Assembly: GCA_034780895.1 (NCBI GenBank)
Contig: JAUZTB010000084.1
Location: forward strand, 5,044,715 to 5,108,714
Source of the DNA: Rhynchobatus australiae
Taxonomy: Eukaryota
Reading direction: 5' to 3'
DNA length: 64,000 nt
Shown here: positions 11,951 to 24,760 of the stretch, one piece after another
How the letters are laid out: every line of letters begins with the position of its first letter
How positions within the stretch are numbered: position 1 is the first letter of the stretch
The notes under the pieces: generated by a model
What the model saw: the letters and a program-made list of their open reading frames with translations, nothing else
Told to the model about the DNA's origin: nothing
Databases searched by the model: none
Program-made: the position numbers and the translations under genes

Positions 11951-13300
11951 GTGGTTTACGGTTGGCACTGTGGATGGATTACTTCCAATTGAATTAATTC
12001 TGTGGAGGAGACAAAGTATTTGCTTAACTTCACTATACATATACAGATCAGTTGCTGGTTTCAGTGGCTACATTTAAATGTGACTGACCATCTGAGGTAA
12101 AACATTTCCTCTGCTCTCCAGTAAATGGACCTCTCAGGCAAAGGAGCAGCAGCGATGAATGGCTTGTTTCAATCCATACGACAAGGTGATGAAACAGTCA
12201 AAGTCTTGGCTGGGGATCAATGCAAATTCGTTGCTTTAGTAACCCGATAGTCTCAGGGCATTCAAATCAACACTTTTTCATTCCAGTGCTGAGGGCCTGG
12301 GATTCTGAGAAACCGTGTGATTCATCCTTGGTGCCAAGACAGGCCCAGACTGAGACACCAGGCTGTGCACTTCAGGAAGCTCTTAAGTAGTGAAAGCCTA
12401 GTACATGACCTCAGGCAGAAGCAATGAAGGAATTCCCTCTCTCCTGCCAGAATGTCTGCTCCACACTAACTCGTTCCAATCAGGCTAACCTCTGACCAAA
12501 CCGTGCAGGAATGGCAGCTGAACCACTGCAATGCACTTTGCCGATAATTTCATCCAGATAATTACATCACTTCATCTCAGACCCTTTTAAATTTGCTTTG
12601 GGTACTTCATCCTGTTCACTAACTGATCCCTTTGCCTTCCAAAGCTGAGGATACCTCCACAGGAGAAGAGATTTACACCCAGACAAGGTATGACTGGCAC
12701 CAGAGAAAGACCAGTCAACTTGATCTTCAATAATATCAGTGCTCTTCTCCTCCTTACGAATGACTTGCTTCTACTCTGGGTTTGAGGGTTCCACTGTGGG
12801 ATGCATACAAGGCCGATCCCGCCAAGAATGTTATTGCTACAAAACGTCCCTAAGCAGGAATCTTGTGGGATTTACCACGGACCANNNNNNNNNNNNNNNN
12901 NNNNNNNNNNNNNNNNNNNNNNNNNNNNNNNNNNNNNNNNNNNNNNNNNNNNNNNNNNNNNNNNNNNNNNNNNNNNNNNNNNNNGCGGGGGGGGGGGATT
13001 CAGGTGGGTGGAGGGAGCGTCGATGATGGGGGAGAGTGACTCCCCTCCCACAGCCCATGGACAGTCGGGGGGAGGAGAGTTGGTGAAGGGGGAGAGTCTC
13101 CTTGAGTTTCGAGAGCAGAGATATGTGGGGACACCTGACCTACTCCCTGTCCCTGCTGCTGGAGTAACTTTAAAGGGTTTGCACCCTGTGACTCTCCGAG
13201 GCTGGGTGGGAAGGGAGACAGTGAGTGGCAGATCCCAGTTGGCTGAGAACGCCATGTGTGCTCAGGTCTGCTCATCCTGGTAAAATCTGCCCTCACACAG

Positions 13301-13423
13301 ACATCAATGAGTGCCTGGAGCTGGCCCATGCCTGTCTCAATGGGGAGTGTGTCAACACGCCAGGATCCTACACTTGCCAGTGTCAGCCGGGGTACCAACT
13401 GGTGGACGGCACAAAGTGTAAAG
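13301..13423 (+). CDS. LTBP3: LTBP3 exon: cbEGF (DINECLELAHACLNGECVNTPGSYTC...TKCK)
   Basis: cacag|...G|gtaat, 123 nt. Confidence 0.94.
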
Positions 13424-13481
13424 GTAATGTCAGTGGACACAGCGACTGATTGCAGTGAGAGTCAGATCTCTGCGCCCCTCA

Positions 13482-13747
13482 CTGCAACAGTCTGACACAG
13501 CCGGCGCCCCTTGCAGCAACAGTCCGACACAGCCGGTGCCCATCGCTGCAACAGTCCGACACAGCCGGCGCCCATCACTGTAACAGTCCGACACAGCCTG
13601 CGCCCCTAGTTGTAACAGTCTGACACAGCCCGCGCTTCTCGCTGTAACAGTCTGACACAGCCCGCGCCCCTCGCTGTAACAGTCCGACACAGCCCGCGCC
13701 CCTCGCTGTAACAGTCCGACACAGCCAGTGCCCCTCGCTGTAACACT
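13482..13747. repeat. 32-bp minisatellite (gctgtaacagtccgacacagcccgcgcccctc)n, about 8 units
   Basis: gctgtaac recurs at 13641, 13673, 13705 and 13737. Confidence 0.93.
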
Positions 13748-14149
13748 GATTTACCACCTACTTTGCACATCCATTGGTACTTTCAACTATCAGGGCCCCA
13801 GGATGTAGAATCGCTTCCCTAAACCTCTGCTTCTCTCTCCTTTATTAATATTCGGTTACAAATCTCCCTTCTTGCCCATGCTTTACCTGTTCTAATGTTG
13901 CATATCACACAAAAACAGGCCATTTGGCCCCTCTGCTTCCTGCCCTACCTCATCCTCCTCCTGTTTGATCGCTTCTGCCCCTACAGCACCTCCTTCTACT
14001 CCTCTAACCCTCAGGTGTTTATTGAATGTCTCCATAACTTGGAGTTTGTGGACTGTCTCTCCCCTCCCCAGCAGGAGGGGCTGAGCTCCACCCCCTCTGG
14101 GGAAGGAAGTTCTCCTGAATCCGCCATTGTGTTTTCTCATTCGGCACAG

Positions 14150-14278
14150 ACATCAACGAGTGTGCCCTGAACCGCTCTCTGTGTGGACCAAATGGTGCCT
14201 GCAAGAATGTGGAGGGCTCTTACACCTGCGTCTGCGACACGGGCTTCATTCTGTCCCCGGATGGCTCCACTTGTGAAG
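14150..14278 (+). CDS. LTBP3: LTBP3 exon: cbEGF (DINECALNRSLCGPNGACKNVEGSYTC...STCE)
   Basis: cacag|...G|gtagg, 129 nt. Confidence 0.94.
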
Positions 14279-14559
14279 GTAGGTCACGGGAGTGGGGAAG
14301 GGCAGCAGCTGCTGGTCTACTGAGCGTCATCTACCCACACAAAGCAGGCTGTTTGCCAGCTCTCAGGGTGGGTGAGGCCAGCTCCTCTCCTCCATACAGT
14401 GACCACAGGTCCGTTAACAGCCAGCTGGATTGTCAGACAGAGCCTAAGTTCACTTCCCACATGGAGTGCTCCCTCAGTGTGGTACCAGTGGACCCATTCA
14501 CAGTGTCCCAGGCCTGTGAGCTCCATACACACAGCCTTCCCTCTGGGACCTGCATTCAG

Positions 14560-14850
14560 AGAGTCAGAACCTTTTTCTCAGAGGGGCATGCATTTAAGGT
14601 GAGAGGGGGAAAGTTTAAAGGAGATGCGTGGGGCAGGTTTCTCTACACAGAGAGCGGTGGGTGCCTGGAACAGGCTGCCAGAGCTGGTGGTGGAAGCAGA
14701 TACGCTCGAGGTGTTTTGGAGTCTGTTGGATAGACACATGAACATGCAGGGAAGGGAGGGATATGGATCACGTGCAGGCAGAAGAGATTTAGTGTAATTC
14801 AGCATCGTGTTCGTGGGCTGAAGGGCCTGCTCCTGTGTTGTACTGTTGTG
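14560..14850 (+). mobile_element. CR1 3' fragment
   Basis: Matches 1790-2060. Confidence 0.8.
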
Positions 14851-15124
14851 TCCCCTTGTCCCCATGGGGGATACTGATGGGGCAGATGTTGTCAGCAGCA
14901 CACAGGCTGATCTCTACCGGTTGCAGGAGTGTGTGGAGTTTTGGTGTCCTGCTGTCTCCCCACTTCCCTGCCTCAGGATGTCTCGAGGCTGACAGCCCAG
15001 GGTGGTTGGGCTCCTTCACCTCTTGACAGCAACTCAGCTGCGTCACTCATGCCTCCCCCAAGTTGGACCAGTGGCTTTTCTACCATGTTGGCCTTCGCTT
15101 CCCAGCCCGCACGCCCAATATTTT

Positions 15125-15390
15125 GGGACGGCACAGTGGTGCAGCAGGTAGAGCCACTGCCTCCCAGCTCCAGAGACCCGGGTTTGATCCCGGCCTCAGG
15201 GACTGTGTGTGTGTGGAGTCTGCACGTTCTCCCTGTGACTGCGTGGGTTTCCCCTGGCTGCTCCGGTTCCCTCCCACACCCCAGCGACATGCGGGGTCAG
15301 TGGGTTAATTGCCCCCTTGTGTGAGGGGTAGAATCTGAGGGGATTAGTTGATGGGAATGTGGGGAGAATAAACAAGTGGGATTAGAGTAA
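15125..15390 (+). mobile_element. V-SINE
   Basis: tRNA-like head plus V-core. Confidence 0.85.
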
Positions 15391-16860
15391 AGGGAGAGGG
15401 GAAAGATTAAAAAGGGACCAGAGGGGCAACTTCTTCACACAGAGGGTGGTGGGTGTATGGAACAGGCTGCCAGAGAAAATGGTTGAGGTGGATACAATAT
15501 CAAAAAGGACACTTGGACAGGTACATGGATAGGAAAGGTTCAGAGGGATATGGGCCAAACATGGACAAATGAGACTGGCTTAGATGGGAATCTTGGTTGG
15601 CATGGATGTGTTGGGCCAAAGGGTCTGTTTCTGTGCTGCATTACACCGTGACTCTAAGTGGATAGTCGTTGGTCAGTGAGGACTCATTCAGTTTTGGTCA
15701 CCCTGCTGTAGGAAAGATGCCATTAAGCTGGAAAGAGTGCAGAGGAGATTTACAAGGATGTTGCCGGGACTTAAGGGACTGAGTTATGGAGAGAGGTTGA
15801 GTAGGGTGGGACTTTATTCACTGGAGTCTAGCATACTGAGGGGTGATATTACAGAGGTGTATAAAATCATGAGGTGCATAGACAGAGTAAAGGCACAGTT
15901 TTTATCCCAGATTTGGGGGATCAAGAACTAGAGGACATGGGTTTAGGGTGAGAGGGAGAGATTTAATAGGAACCTGAGGGGAAAGTTTTTCACCCAGAGG
16001 GTGGTCCGTACATGGAACGAGCTTCCAGAGGAGGTGGTTGAGGCAGGAACATCAACAACATTTAAAAGTCACTTGGACAGATACATGGATGGGAAAGGTT
16101 GAGAGGGATAGGGGCCAAATGATGGCAAATGGGACTGGTTTAGATAGGAATCCTGGTCAGCATGGACCAGTCGGGCTGAAGGGCCTGTTTCGGTGCTCTG
16201 TGACTCTACAACACTACCAAGTTCCCAGCTGATGCGTCAATGAGTGGTGATTTTTTTTTTAATTTGCCCAAGTGGGAATCACATCAACCTGAATCGAACG
16301 TGAAAAATTCAGTTCAAACCTGGAACCACTGTCCATTTCACATTTACAGTTTTCAAATGTACCATCAGTTTGTAATATTAATGCTTTGGAAACAATTTAG
16401 AGAACGTTCACTCAACTAATACCTGGAATGGGTGAGCTTTCTCATGAGGAAAGGCTCGGTAAGGCTGTATCCTCTGGATTTTAGACAAGTGAAGGAGGAC
16501 TGGATTGGAGTACATAGGATCTTGAGTGGTCTTGACAAGAAGGAGGTGGCGAGGATGTTTCCTCCTGTGGGAGACTCTGGAACCAGGCCATTATTTAAAA
16601 ATAAATGAATGCACTTTAAGACAGAAATAAGGCAAAAATGCTTTTCTCAGTGGATTGCAAGTCTTTGGAATCCTTTCTCAAAGGGCACTGGTTTTTAAAT
16701 ATTTTTGAGGTAGATAGATTTGATGGAAGCAAGGAAGTGAAAGGTGACTGCAGGTGTATGGGAATGTAGAGTCGAGGTTACAAGTAGGTCAGCATGACCG
16801 TATTAAATGGCAGAGCACACCTGAGGGGACCAAGGAGCCTACGCCTGCTTCTAATTCATG
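15391..16860 (+). mobile_element. Cluster of truncated CR1 3' ends
   Basis: VQRRFTRMLPGLKGLSYGERLSRVGLYSLE..EVYKIMR and repeated CR1 tails. Confidence 0.8.
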
Positions 16861-18137
16861 TCGTTGTGTAAGTTAAGCTCCTGCCCAGAACTACGAAATT
16901 AGAAAATTACTCCACACAACTGGCGCTGGTGAGTGTGTGTGCAGATAAGTATTCTGCTTGTGTCCAGGAGATATGCTGTCAGCACCAGCTACTGATCAAA
17001 CCAGCTGAACGATTGACAGCATCAATGACTAACTCTTAAGTCCCTTTCCCATTACATTTATTTTATTGGTGTTCTGGGATCATTATGTCAGGAAAGCTAT
17101 TTACAATATGAACTGAGGATGTCAAGCAGAAGACAGTAATGTTTAACCATGGCTGAAACCACTCACAACAAATCCTGGGCATACCTGTGAAAAATTATGT
17201 ATAATAAGTTGAATGTGGGATGTATGAGGAAAATGACAATAGTCCTGTTCATAAGATGCCAATAATAAAGTGCCAGGAATAAAGAGATTGGAAAGACCCC
17301 TGTGATTTTCTTCGACATTATGATTTATACAGTTGAATTTTTCAGTGTCAATCAAAATAANNNNNNNNNNNNNNNNNNNNNNNNNNNNNNNNNNNNNNNN
17401 NNNNNNNNNNNNNNNNNNNNNNNNNNNNNNNNNNNNNNNNNNNNNNNNNNNNNNNNNNNNATCCACCGGGGGAGGGGTCAAAGGTGAGGAGAGAGAGGAA
17501 AAAAAAGAGGCTGAGAAAGGGAAGAAGAAGCATGGTGGGTGGGTGGAGGGATTACCTATCACTGTCTCTGACCTGCATCTACCTATCACCACCCTGTGCC
17601 CACCCCACCTCCCCTCTTCTGTCCACCCGTCACTGCTCTGCTTTTCCCTCCTATCTATTGTTCTTCCCCTTTTCCTATCTTCAGTCCTGAGGAAGGGTCC
17701 TGACCCAAAATGTTGACCCGCCTGCTTTTCTCCACGGACGCTGCCTGGCCTGCCGAGCTCCTCCGGCATCATCGTGTTTTTCATGTAGATTCCAGCATCT
17801 GCGGTCCTTTGTTTCTCTAGTTGAACTGCCAGAGGAAGTGGTTGAGGCAGGTACATTAACAACACTTAAAAGATACTTGGGCAGGTAAATGGATAGGAAA
17901 GGTTTAGAGGGATATGAGCCAAATGCAGGCAAATGGGACCAGCTTGGATGGGAATTTTGGTCGGCATGGACCACTTCCTGTGCTGTGTGACTATAACCCG
18001 ACACATGGGGAGCGAGGATAGAGCTGCACCCCCCGCCCCCATCTGCTCCAAGGCTGGTGTCTACTGCCAGGCCCCATGTACTATTTTGCCCACCTACTGC
18101 AGTGAGCTGACATCTTGTCTCTCTTCCCACCCTCCAG

Positions 18138-18305
18138 AACCCGAGAGGCCCGAAGGCAAGAAGGAGTGCTACCTCAGCCTCGACGACCCGATATTCTGTG
18201 ACAGCGTCCTGGCGACCAACATCACCAAGGAGGAGTGCTGCTGCTCGCTGGGAGCCGGCTGGGGGGACCTCTGTGAGATCTACCCCTGCCCCGTGCACAG
18301 TACAG
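18138..18305 (+). CDS. LTBP3: LTBP3 exon: TB3 (8-Cys) TGF-beta/LAP-binding domain
   Basis: ccag|...G|gtaag, 168 nt; [49 protein letters not shown], with the 2-residue (YP) insertion typical of LAP-binding TB domains and an NIT glycosylation sequon. Confidence 0.96.
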
Positions 18306-18379
18306 GTAAGGGCTGCAGGCACCGGGACCTGAGAGGAACCTTCTGAATGGTGGTCACCAGCACCAGATAAGAGGTATGG

Positions 18380-18600
18380 GAGCCAGTTTGTATGCAGCAA
18401 GGTCCCACAGATACCAGTTTGATAATGACCCAATGAACTGCTTTTAGTAATCGCAGGGGGAGAGTTCCTTTGCCCTCGGAGTTGTGGTTACGTTACTGCC
18501 CCACTGAAAGAGCGAAGGGACCTTGACTTGGCATCCCAGTCGAAAGGCAGCCCTCTCGTCAGTGCTGCCTGGGACTTGTGCTCTAGACGTTCTGGCGCAG
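18380..18600 (-). mobile_element. Deu-domain SINE remnant (SacSINE1-like); related copies at about 4310-4455, 24960-25080, 35530-35850 and 39200-39560
   Basis: Degenerate ..catcccagtcgaaaggcagccctctcgtcagtgctgc.. similar to the Deu core as recalled. Confidence 0.5.
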
Positions 18601-19148
18601 AGACCAGCAGGAAGGACAGCAGGCTCCCCCACCACTGAGGTGATGGAGCAGGGGAAGTAATGAGGAGGTTCAGTAGAAAGGAGATTCGGACACCCAGCAA
18701 TGGCTGTTCACTGTCCACCGGGATCTGAGAGGGAAGTAGAGGCCATTCTGTCCCTCCAGTCTGTTATACAGGCACAGGAGGAGGCCATTCAGCCCCTCCA
18801 GTCTATTCAGTCTATCCCACCGTTCCGTTGGATCTGCATCTTTGTTCTATATTCCTTCTTATTGCTTCATCTGCTCAGACTTCTGGGTGTGGGAGAGAAA
18901 TGTTTCCTGGGTTAAGAGAACAATACAGTATGCAAGAAGTCCATTCTGCCCCATGTGCCAGTGCTAGCTCTCTGAGCAACCTCATTAATGCCCACCTTAA
19001 ATCTTCACTTGGTTCCTTCAATAGTGACGACAGATTGAAGTTCTCCCCCTTTCCCTCCATGCCCAGGAGCCTAGGGATGTGTTTATAGGGCCAGCGATTT
19101 CTGCCCCGCAATGTTGAATGGTGTTTCATTCCTGTTCTCCCCTTGCAG

Positions 19149-19235
19149 CCGAATTTCACTCCCTGTGTCCGGACGGGAAGGGGTACTTGGTGAACAATGA
19201 CAATCTATTCAGCGTCGGCCTGCCGACTTACAGAG
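19149..19235 (+). CDS. LTBP3: LTBP3 exon: end of TB3 plus linker (AEFHSLCPDGKGYLVNNDNLFSVGLPTYR)
   Basis: ttgcag|...G|gtaaa, 87 nt; AEFHSLCPDGKGY is identical to human LTBP3 as recalled. Confidence 0.94.
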
Positions 19236-21046
19236 GTAAATGCACACAGTCTGGGTGCTGAGGTCTATCTCCACTGTTTGCTCTGGCACCCTCTCGGAAG
19301 CATTCAGGTGCTTGAGCCTGTTCTGTCATTCAGTTACATCACATCTCTACATTACCTGCCTGGTTTCTGCCCCAGGCCAATAGACACAACTGTCTTTCAC
19401 CTGACCGCCCCAACCTCAACAGTTGTTTCGTGGTGGGGAGGCAAATGTTCCTGATTTGATGCAACTGTCTGCCAGCTACGAGTGAACTCATCGACATCTC
19501 TGCTGCCCCGAGTCCTAACTCGTACTGATTCCCCATCCTGGGCTGTCAGACCAACACTGGCCCCAACATTTAAACTTTTCATCCTTGATTTAACACCACC
19601 ACCCTGCTCTCACCCCTGTAACCACCTGCAGTCCTACAACCCGCCAAGATCTCTGCTCCATGCCAATTCCGGCTCCTTGATTATCCGCTGATATCTGGAT
19701 TCTTTATATATTTTCCTATGACATGGAAGGAGGACATTTGGCCTATCGCATCTATGCTGACTCACTCAGCAATCCCATCCCTCATCCCCTCTCTAATTTC
19801 CATCTATTCTGCTCACAATGCTGCCACCCACTTACACCAGCAGCCGATTAACCCACCAACACCACATGTCGTTGGGATGTGGGAGGGAACCGGAGCACCC
19901 GGGGTAAATGCACGCGGTCACAGGGACAACGTGCAAACTCCACANNNNNNNNNNNNNNNNNNNNNNNNNNNNNNNNNNNNNNNNNNNNNNNNNNNNNNNN
20001 NNNNNNNNNNNNNNNNNNNNNNNNNNNNNNNNNNNNNNNNNNNNNNNNNNNNNNNNNNNNNNNNNNNNCACTCCACCACTGCCTTCCATGCTTTCAGCTT
20101 CCTGAGTCCTGACCTCCAGCCCCTAAACCTCTTCACCTCTGCATTCTCCTTAAAGGCACTTTCACTCAACCATGGTCCTAATGTCTCCCCATGGCTCAAA
20201 ATCAGTCTGTAACCCTTAGGGAACATTTACTACATTAAAGGCACTTTTTAAAGGATCTGCAATTGGGTCACTAAATCTCCATTCAGCCCAGCTGGAAAGT
20301 TTTCTGACCAGTTTCTTTATCATCCAAAATCAGTGGCTTCAACCCATTAAACTGTATCTGCCACTGCTTAGCTCCCTCAGTCTCTGAACTGTCATCTGTT
20401 GCCCTGTTTTAAGCTGGGGCCATCACCAAGCCTGGATGGGGAAAGTCTATCCCTCTGTTAATCACCTTGTTAATTAAATTACTTTGATGGTTTCAGTCCC
20501 TCTCACTGATACGTGTTGTTCCTGGTCAGGGCCCTCAGTTCAACAGTACCATCTGCCGCTCTTCACATTGGGCAGGCTGTTTAACTGTGGAGAGCATCAC
20601 AATTGAGTCTGGATCTCTTATACCGGTGGCCATTTAACCCACCAACCCCGCACGTTGTTGGGATGTGGGAGGAAACCGGAGCACCCGGGGGAAACCCACG
20701 TGGTCACAGGAAAAACATGATGGACACATTCACAAAATAAACCTCTCATACTGGACCCTGGTGTAAGAGGTCCAGACTCAACTGTGGCACAACTACTTTG
20801 ATCACACTGCCATGTGAAAGTGAGATCCAAACGCACCCTAATCAGTAGATTATGATGGATGGGTTGGAGTGGGTATGGGGCTTCCTTCCCAACCCCTCCC
20901 CAGCCCAGAGGCCTTCGTGTGGAGAGGGCAGTGAGGCTTTGGTGGAACCTTGTCCCCATTGCTCTAAGCCTCGCGGCCACCTCCTTAGAAAGGCTGGTGG
21001 CCCTCCCCATGGGAGCTAACCGAGTGCCTTTCTCCTCCTGTTGCAG

Positions 21047-21175
21047 ACATCGATGAATGCACGCTGTTTGGGCAAGAGATCTGCAAAGAGGGATTCTGCA
21101 TGAACACACAGCCCGGCTTCGAGTGCTACTGCAAGCAAGGCTACTACTACGATGGTTCACTGCTTCAGTGTCTGG
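21047..21175 (+). CDS. LTBP3: LTBP3 exon: cbEGF ([43 protein letters not shown])
   Basis: ttgcag|...G|gtgag, 129 nt. Confidence 0.95.
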
Positions 21176-22066
21176 GTGAGGACGAGCTTCAGTCCCCAGG
21201 AGTCCCTGCAGTCCCCCTCACTGCTGTGGCCCTATAGTGGGTCTCGGGCACTGTNNNNNNNNNNNNNNNNNNNNNNNNNNNNNNNNNNNNNNNNNNNNNN
21301 NNNNNNNNNNNNNNNNNNNNNNNNNNNNNNNNNNNNNNNNNNNNNNNNNNNNNNNNNNNNNNNNNNNNNNNNNNNNNNNNNNNNNNNNNNNNNNNNNNNN
21401 NNNNNNNNNNNNNNNNNNNNNNNNNNNNNNNNNNNNNNNNNNNNNNNNNNNNNNNNNNNNNNNNNNNNNNNNNNNNNNNNNNNNNNNNNNNNNNNNNNNN
21501 NNNNNNNNNNNNNNNNNNNNNNNNNNNNNNNNNNNNNNNNNNNNNNNNNNNNNNNNNNNNNNNNNNNNNNNNNNNNNNNNNNNNNNNNNNNNNNNNNNNN
21601 NNNNNNNNNNNNNNNNNNNNNNNNNNNNNNNNNNNNNNNNNNNNNNNNNNNNCCAACAGGTGGGAGAGTAAAATTCCCATGTACAGAGACGAACTGGCAG
21701 AACACAACTAAACAGGAGGTGGGCCCCCTTTATGTTCTGATATCCCAAGAGAGTAATACCTGGGCTGAGAGTTCCTTCACGTGTGGACCAGCACATCCAT
21801 GTGTTAGTGAAAGGCTGCTCAGAAAGAATGCTCATGAGGTTAACAGCTTGATAAACTCCTGGGACAGTCACAGCTTTGCTTATGGTTATTGACACCCCTG
21901 AACTGTTTCTGGTTCCAACGCAGACAAACATTGCAGCCATCTGGAGCAGAGTAAGTTTCGTCATCAGTTTTCATGCAGGCTGGTGTTAACTGAGGGAGGA
22001 GTGTTCAGTGTGGGCTGTTTGGTGGGAGTTGTTGTTGCCTGTGTGAATAACTTTGTGGTTCTGCAG

Positions 22067-22207
22067 ACGTGGACGAGTGCCAGGACGTCCAGAGCTGCCC
22101 CAATGCCAGGTGCATCAACACCAAGGGGTCCTTCACCTGTGCCTGCCTGCCACCGATGACCTTCGATACAGTGAAGAGACGTTGTGTACAGCCCATGGTT
22201 CTCAACG
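22067..22207 (+). CDS. LTBP3: LTBP3 exon: cbEGF (DVDECQDVQSCPNARCINTKGSFTC...QPMVLN)
   Basis: ctgcag|...G|gtagg, 141 nt (47 codons). Confidence 0.94.
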
Positions 22208-22311
22208 GTAGGTCCCCTGCACTTTCAGGTGAACTGCTCCCCCTCTCTTTCTCTCTCCTCCTGATCTACCCAGTCCCTCCTACACTCCTACCCCTTGCCC
22301 CTGATGGAACT

Positions 22312-22825
22312 GGAATTGGTTTATTATTGTCACTTGTACCGGGGTACAGTGTAAAACTTGTCTTGCATACCGTTCATACAGATTAATTCATTCCACAGTG
22401 CATCAAGGTAGTGCAAAGTAAAACAATATAGATTGCAGAGTAAAGTGTCACATCTACAGAGAAAGTGCAGTTCAGGTAGACAATAAGGTGCAAAGTCATA
22501 ACGTGGTAAACTGTGAGGTCAAGAGTCCATCTTATTGTACTAGGGAACCGTTCAATAGTCCTATAACAGCGGGATAGAAGCTGATCTTGAGCCTGGTGGT
22601 ACGTGCTTTCAGGCTTTTGTATCTTCTGCCCGATGGGAGGGGGGAGAAGAGAGAATGTCCGGGGAGGGTGGGGTCTTTGATTATGCTGGCTGCTTTACTG
22701 AGGCAGCGAGAAGCGTAGTCAGAGTCCATGGAGGGGAGGCAGGTTTCCGTGATGTGCTGAGATGTGTCCACAACTCTCTGCAGCTTCTTGTGGTCACAGG
22801 CAGAGCAGTTGCCGTACCAAGTCAT
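22312..22825 (-). mobile_element. Rex/Babar-type LINE 3' fragment
   Basis: KKLQRVVDTSQHITETCLPSMDS..SIIKDPTLPGHSLFSPLPSGRRYKSLKARTTRLK. Confidence 0.8.
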
Positions 22826-23404
22826 ACTTTCCAACCCAATCCACATTCCAATATCTGGGAAATCCAGCGTCAGGCGCACTTCCCCAGTTAAATCATGCCC
22901 TGATCTGCTTGGTAATTCCAGTCACTATGGTTCCCTGAGATTGTTCTATATATTGTTTTTAGTTGATTCTTTTACACTGGTTCTGAGCCACCTCAATATC
23001 AGTCACCTGAGACTTCATCCAAATGATTAACAGGATTTTTTATTTTCACCTGTTTAGCTGGAACTCCTCATCACTTTGGGGAATAATAATCTTAGTTTGT
23101 TGCATCCAATTCCACCTGGGAATTTTTAACCTTATGGAATGATGTGTGCATAGTAAATAGTGCTCTCCAGACTATTGATAATTGAGTGCTACTTTTTGAC
23201 TAAACTATTTATATTTCCCTGGGCATTGTTCATAGAAAATTCAATGTTCCACTGGTTAAACCAAGGCAGTGCCAACACAACATGAATTCAAAGCATTTTT
23301 AGCTGCAGAATGACATAGGCAGACAAACAAGCAGCAAATCATTAAGAGGATAACATCCTCTTCATCTGGCCTTGGGTGAGTTGGGAACCTGTATGAATAC
23401 AGAC

Positions 23405-23824
23405 TCTTTTCACTGCCACTCTCAGGCAGTAGGTACAGAAGCCTGAAGTACCACACGACCGGGTTCAGGAACAGCTACTTTCCTACAACCATCAGGTTCT
23501 TGAACCAAACTGCACAACCCTAACCCTACCTCAGCAACAGAGCACTACGGACCACCTCTTGCACTACATGGACTTGTGTTTTTTGCACTAATGTGTGCTT
23601 AGCCCACTGCTCTACTCTCTCTACAGTCATGACTGTGTGGCTAGACACATCTCAAATGCCATCTATAAATTCACTGATGACACCACTATAGAATATCAGA
23701 CAGCGATGAGGAGGTGTACAGGGGTGAGATAGATCAGCTGGTTGAGTGGTGTCACAACAACAACCTCGCACTCAACGTCAGCAAGACCAAGGAATTGATT
23801 GTGGACTTCAGGAAGGGGAAGTCA
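23405..23824 (+). mobile_element. Rex/Babar LINE fragments including an RT piece
   Basis: LSPLLYSLYSHDC...YKFTDDTT and WCHNNNLALNVSKTKELIVDFRK. Confidence 0.8.
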
Positions 23825-24409
23825 NNNNNNNNNNNNNNNNNNNNNNNNNNNNNNNNNNNNNNNNNNNNNNNNNNNNNNNNNNNNNNNNNNNNNNNNNNNN
23901 NNNNNNNNNNNNNNNNNNNNNNNNAAATGCATGTCCTGCAGTATTTGACATTTACTGCCATGATATTTGACAAGTACTGAGTCCTGACAACATCCTTTCT
24001 AGGTCTGGCTCTGATATTACTGTTCCCCTTGTTCTGGACTTGCGCACCAGAAGTAGTTTCACTCTTTCAAATCCATTCAGTTTCTCAAACTGACCTTTGA
24101 TATTCACAGAAACACAAATCCCTGAAGCCTCCTTGTGATTTAACCCTTTTCAGCCTGGAACCATTGAGTGATCCTACCCAAGCCTTCTGCAAAACCACCC
24201 TTGAGGTGCAGGGTCCAGACCTGATCACACATTCCCAGCTGGATATAACCAGTGCTCTGGGAAATGGAAGCATCTTTTCCCTTTTCCCTCAACCCTTCAA
24301 GTTCCCTGATATAAAGCATTTTATGGAATGAAGTGTTTGCATTTACACAATGCCTTTCACATTTTTTAAGGACAACTCAATGAACCACGTTTGTCATATA
24401 GTCACTGTT

Positions 24410-24760
24410 ACAGAATCATAGAAAGATGCAGCACAGAAGCAGGCCCTTTGGCCCATCAGGTCCATGTTGACCGTCAATCACCGATTTTTACTCCAACCCT
24501 ACCCTAACTCATTTCGTTCCCTCCACATTCCCATCAAACCCATGACTAGACTCGACCACTCACCTACACACTGAGGGGCAATTAACCTACCAACCCACAC
24601 ATTGTTGGGATGTGGGAGGAAACTGGAGCACCGGGGGGGAACCCACATGGTCACAGGGAGAACGTGCAAACCCCACACATACATAGGCAGACTGCACCAG
24701 AGGCAAGGATTGAACCGGGTTCACTGGAGCCAGGGCGCAGCGGCTGTATGAGCTATGTCA
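24410..24760 (-). mobile_element. V-SINE with CR1-type tail
   Basis: Reverse-complement V-core; further partial copies at 19730-19944 and 20620-20712. Confidence 0.8.

Noticed and set aside
11500-13747. Regular 52-bp and 32-bp arrays as CRISPR-like loci
   Set aside because: They are contiguous tandem units with no unique spacers, no cas genes, and a vertebrate intronic context.
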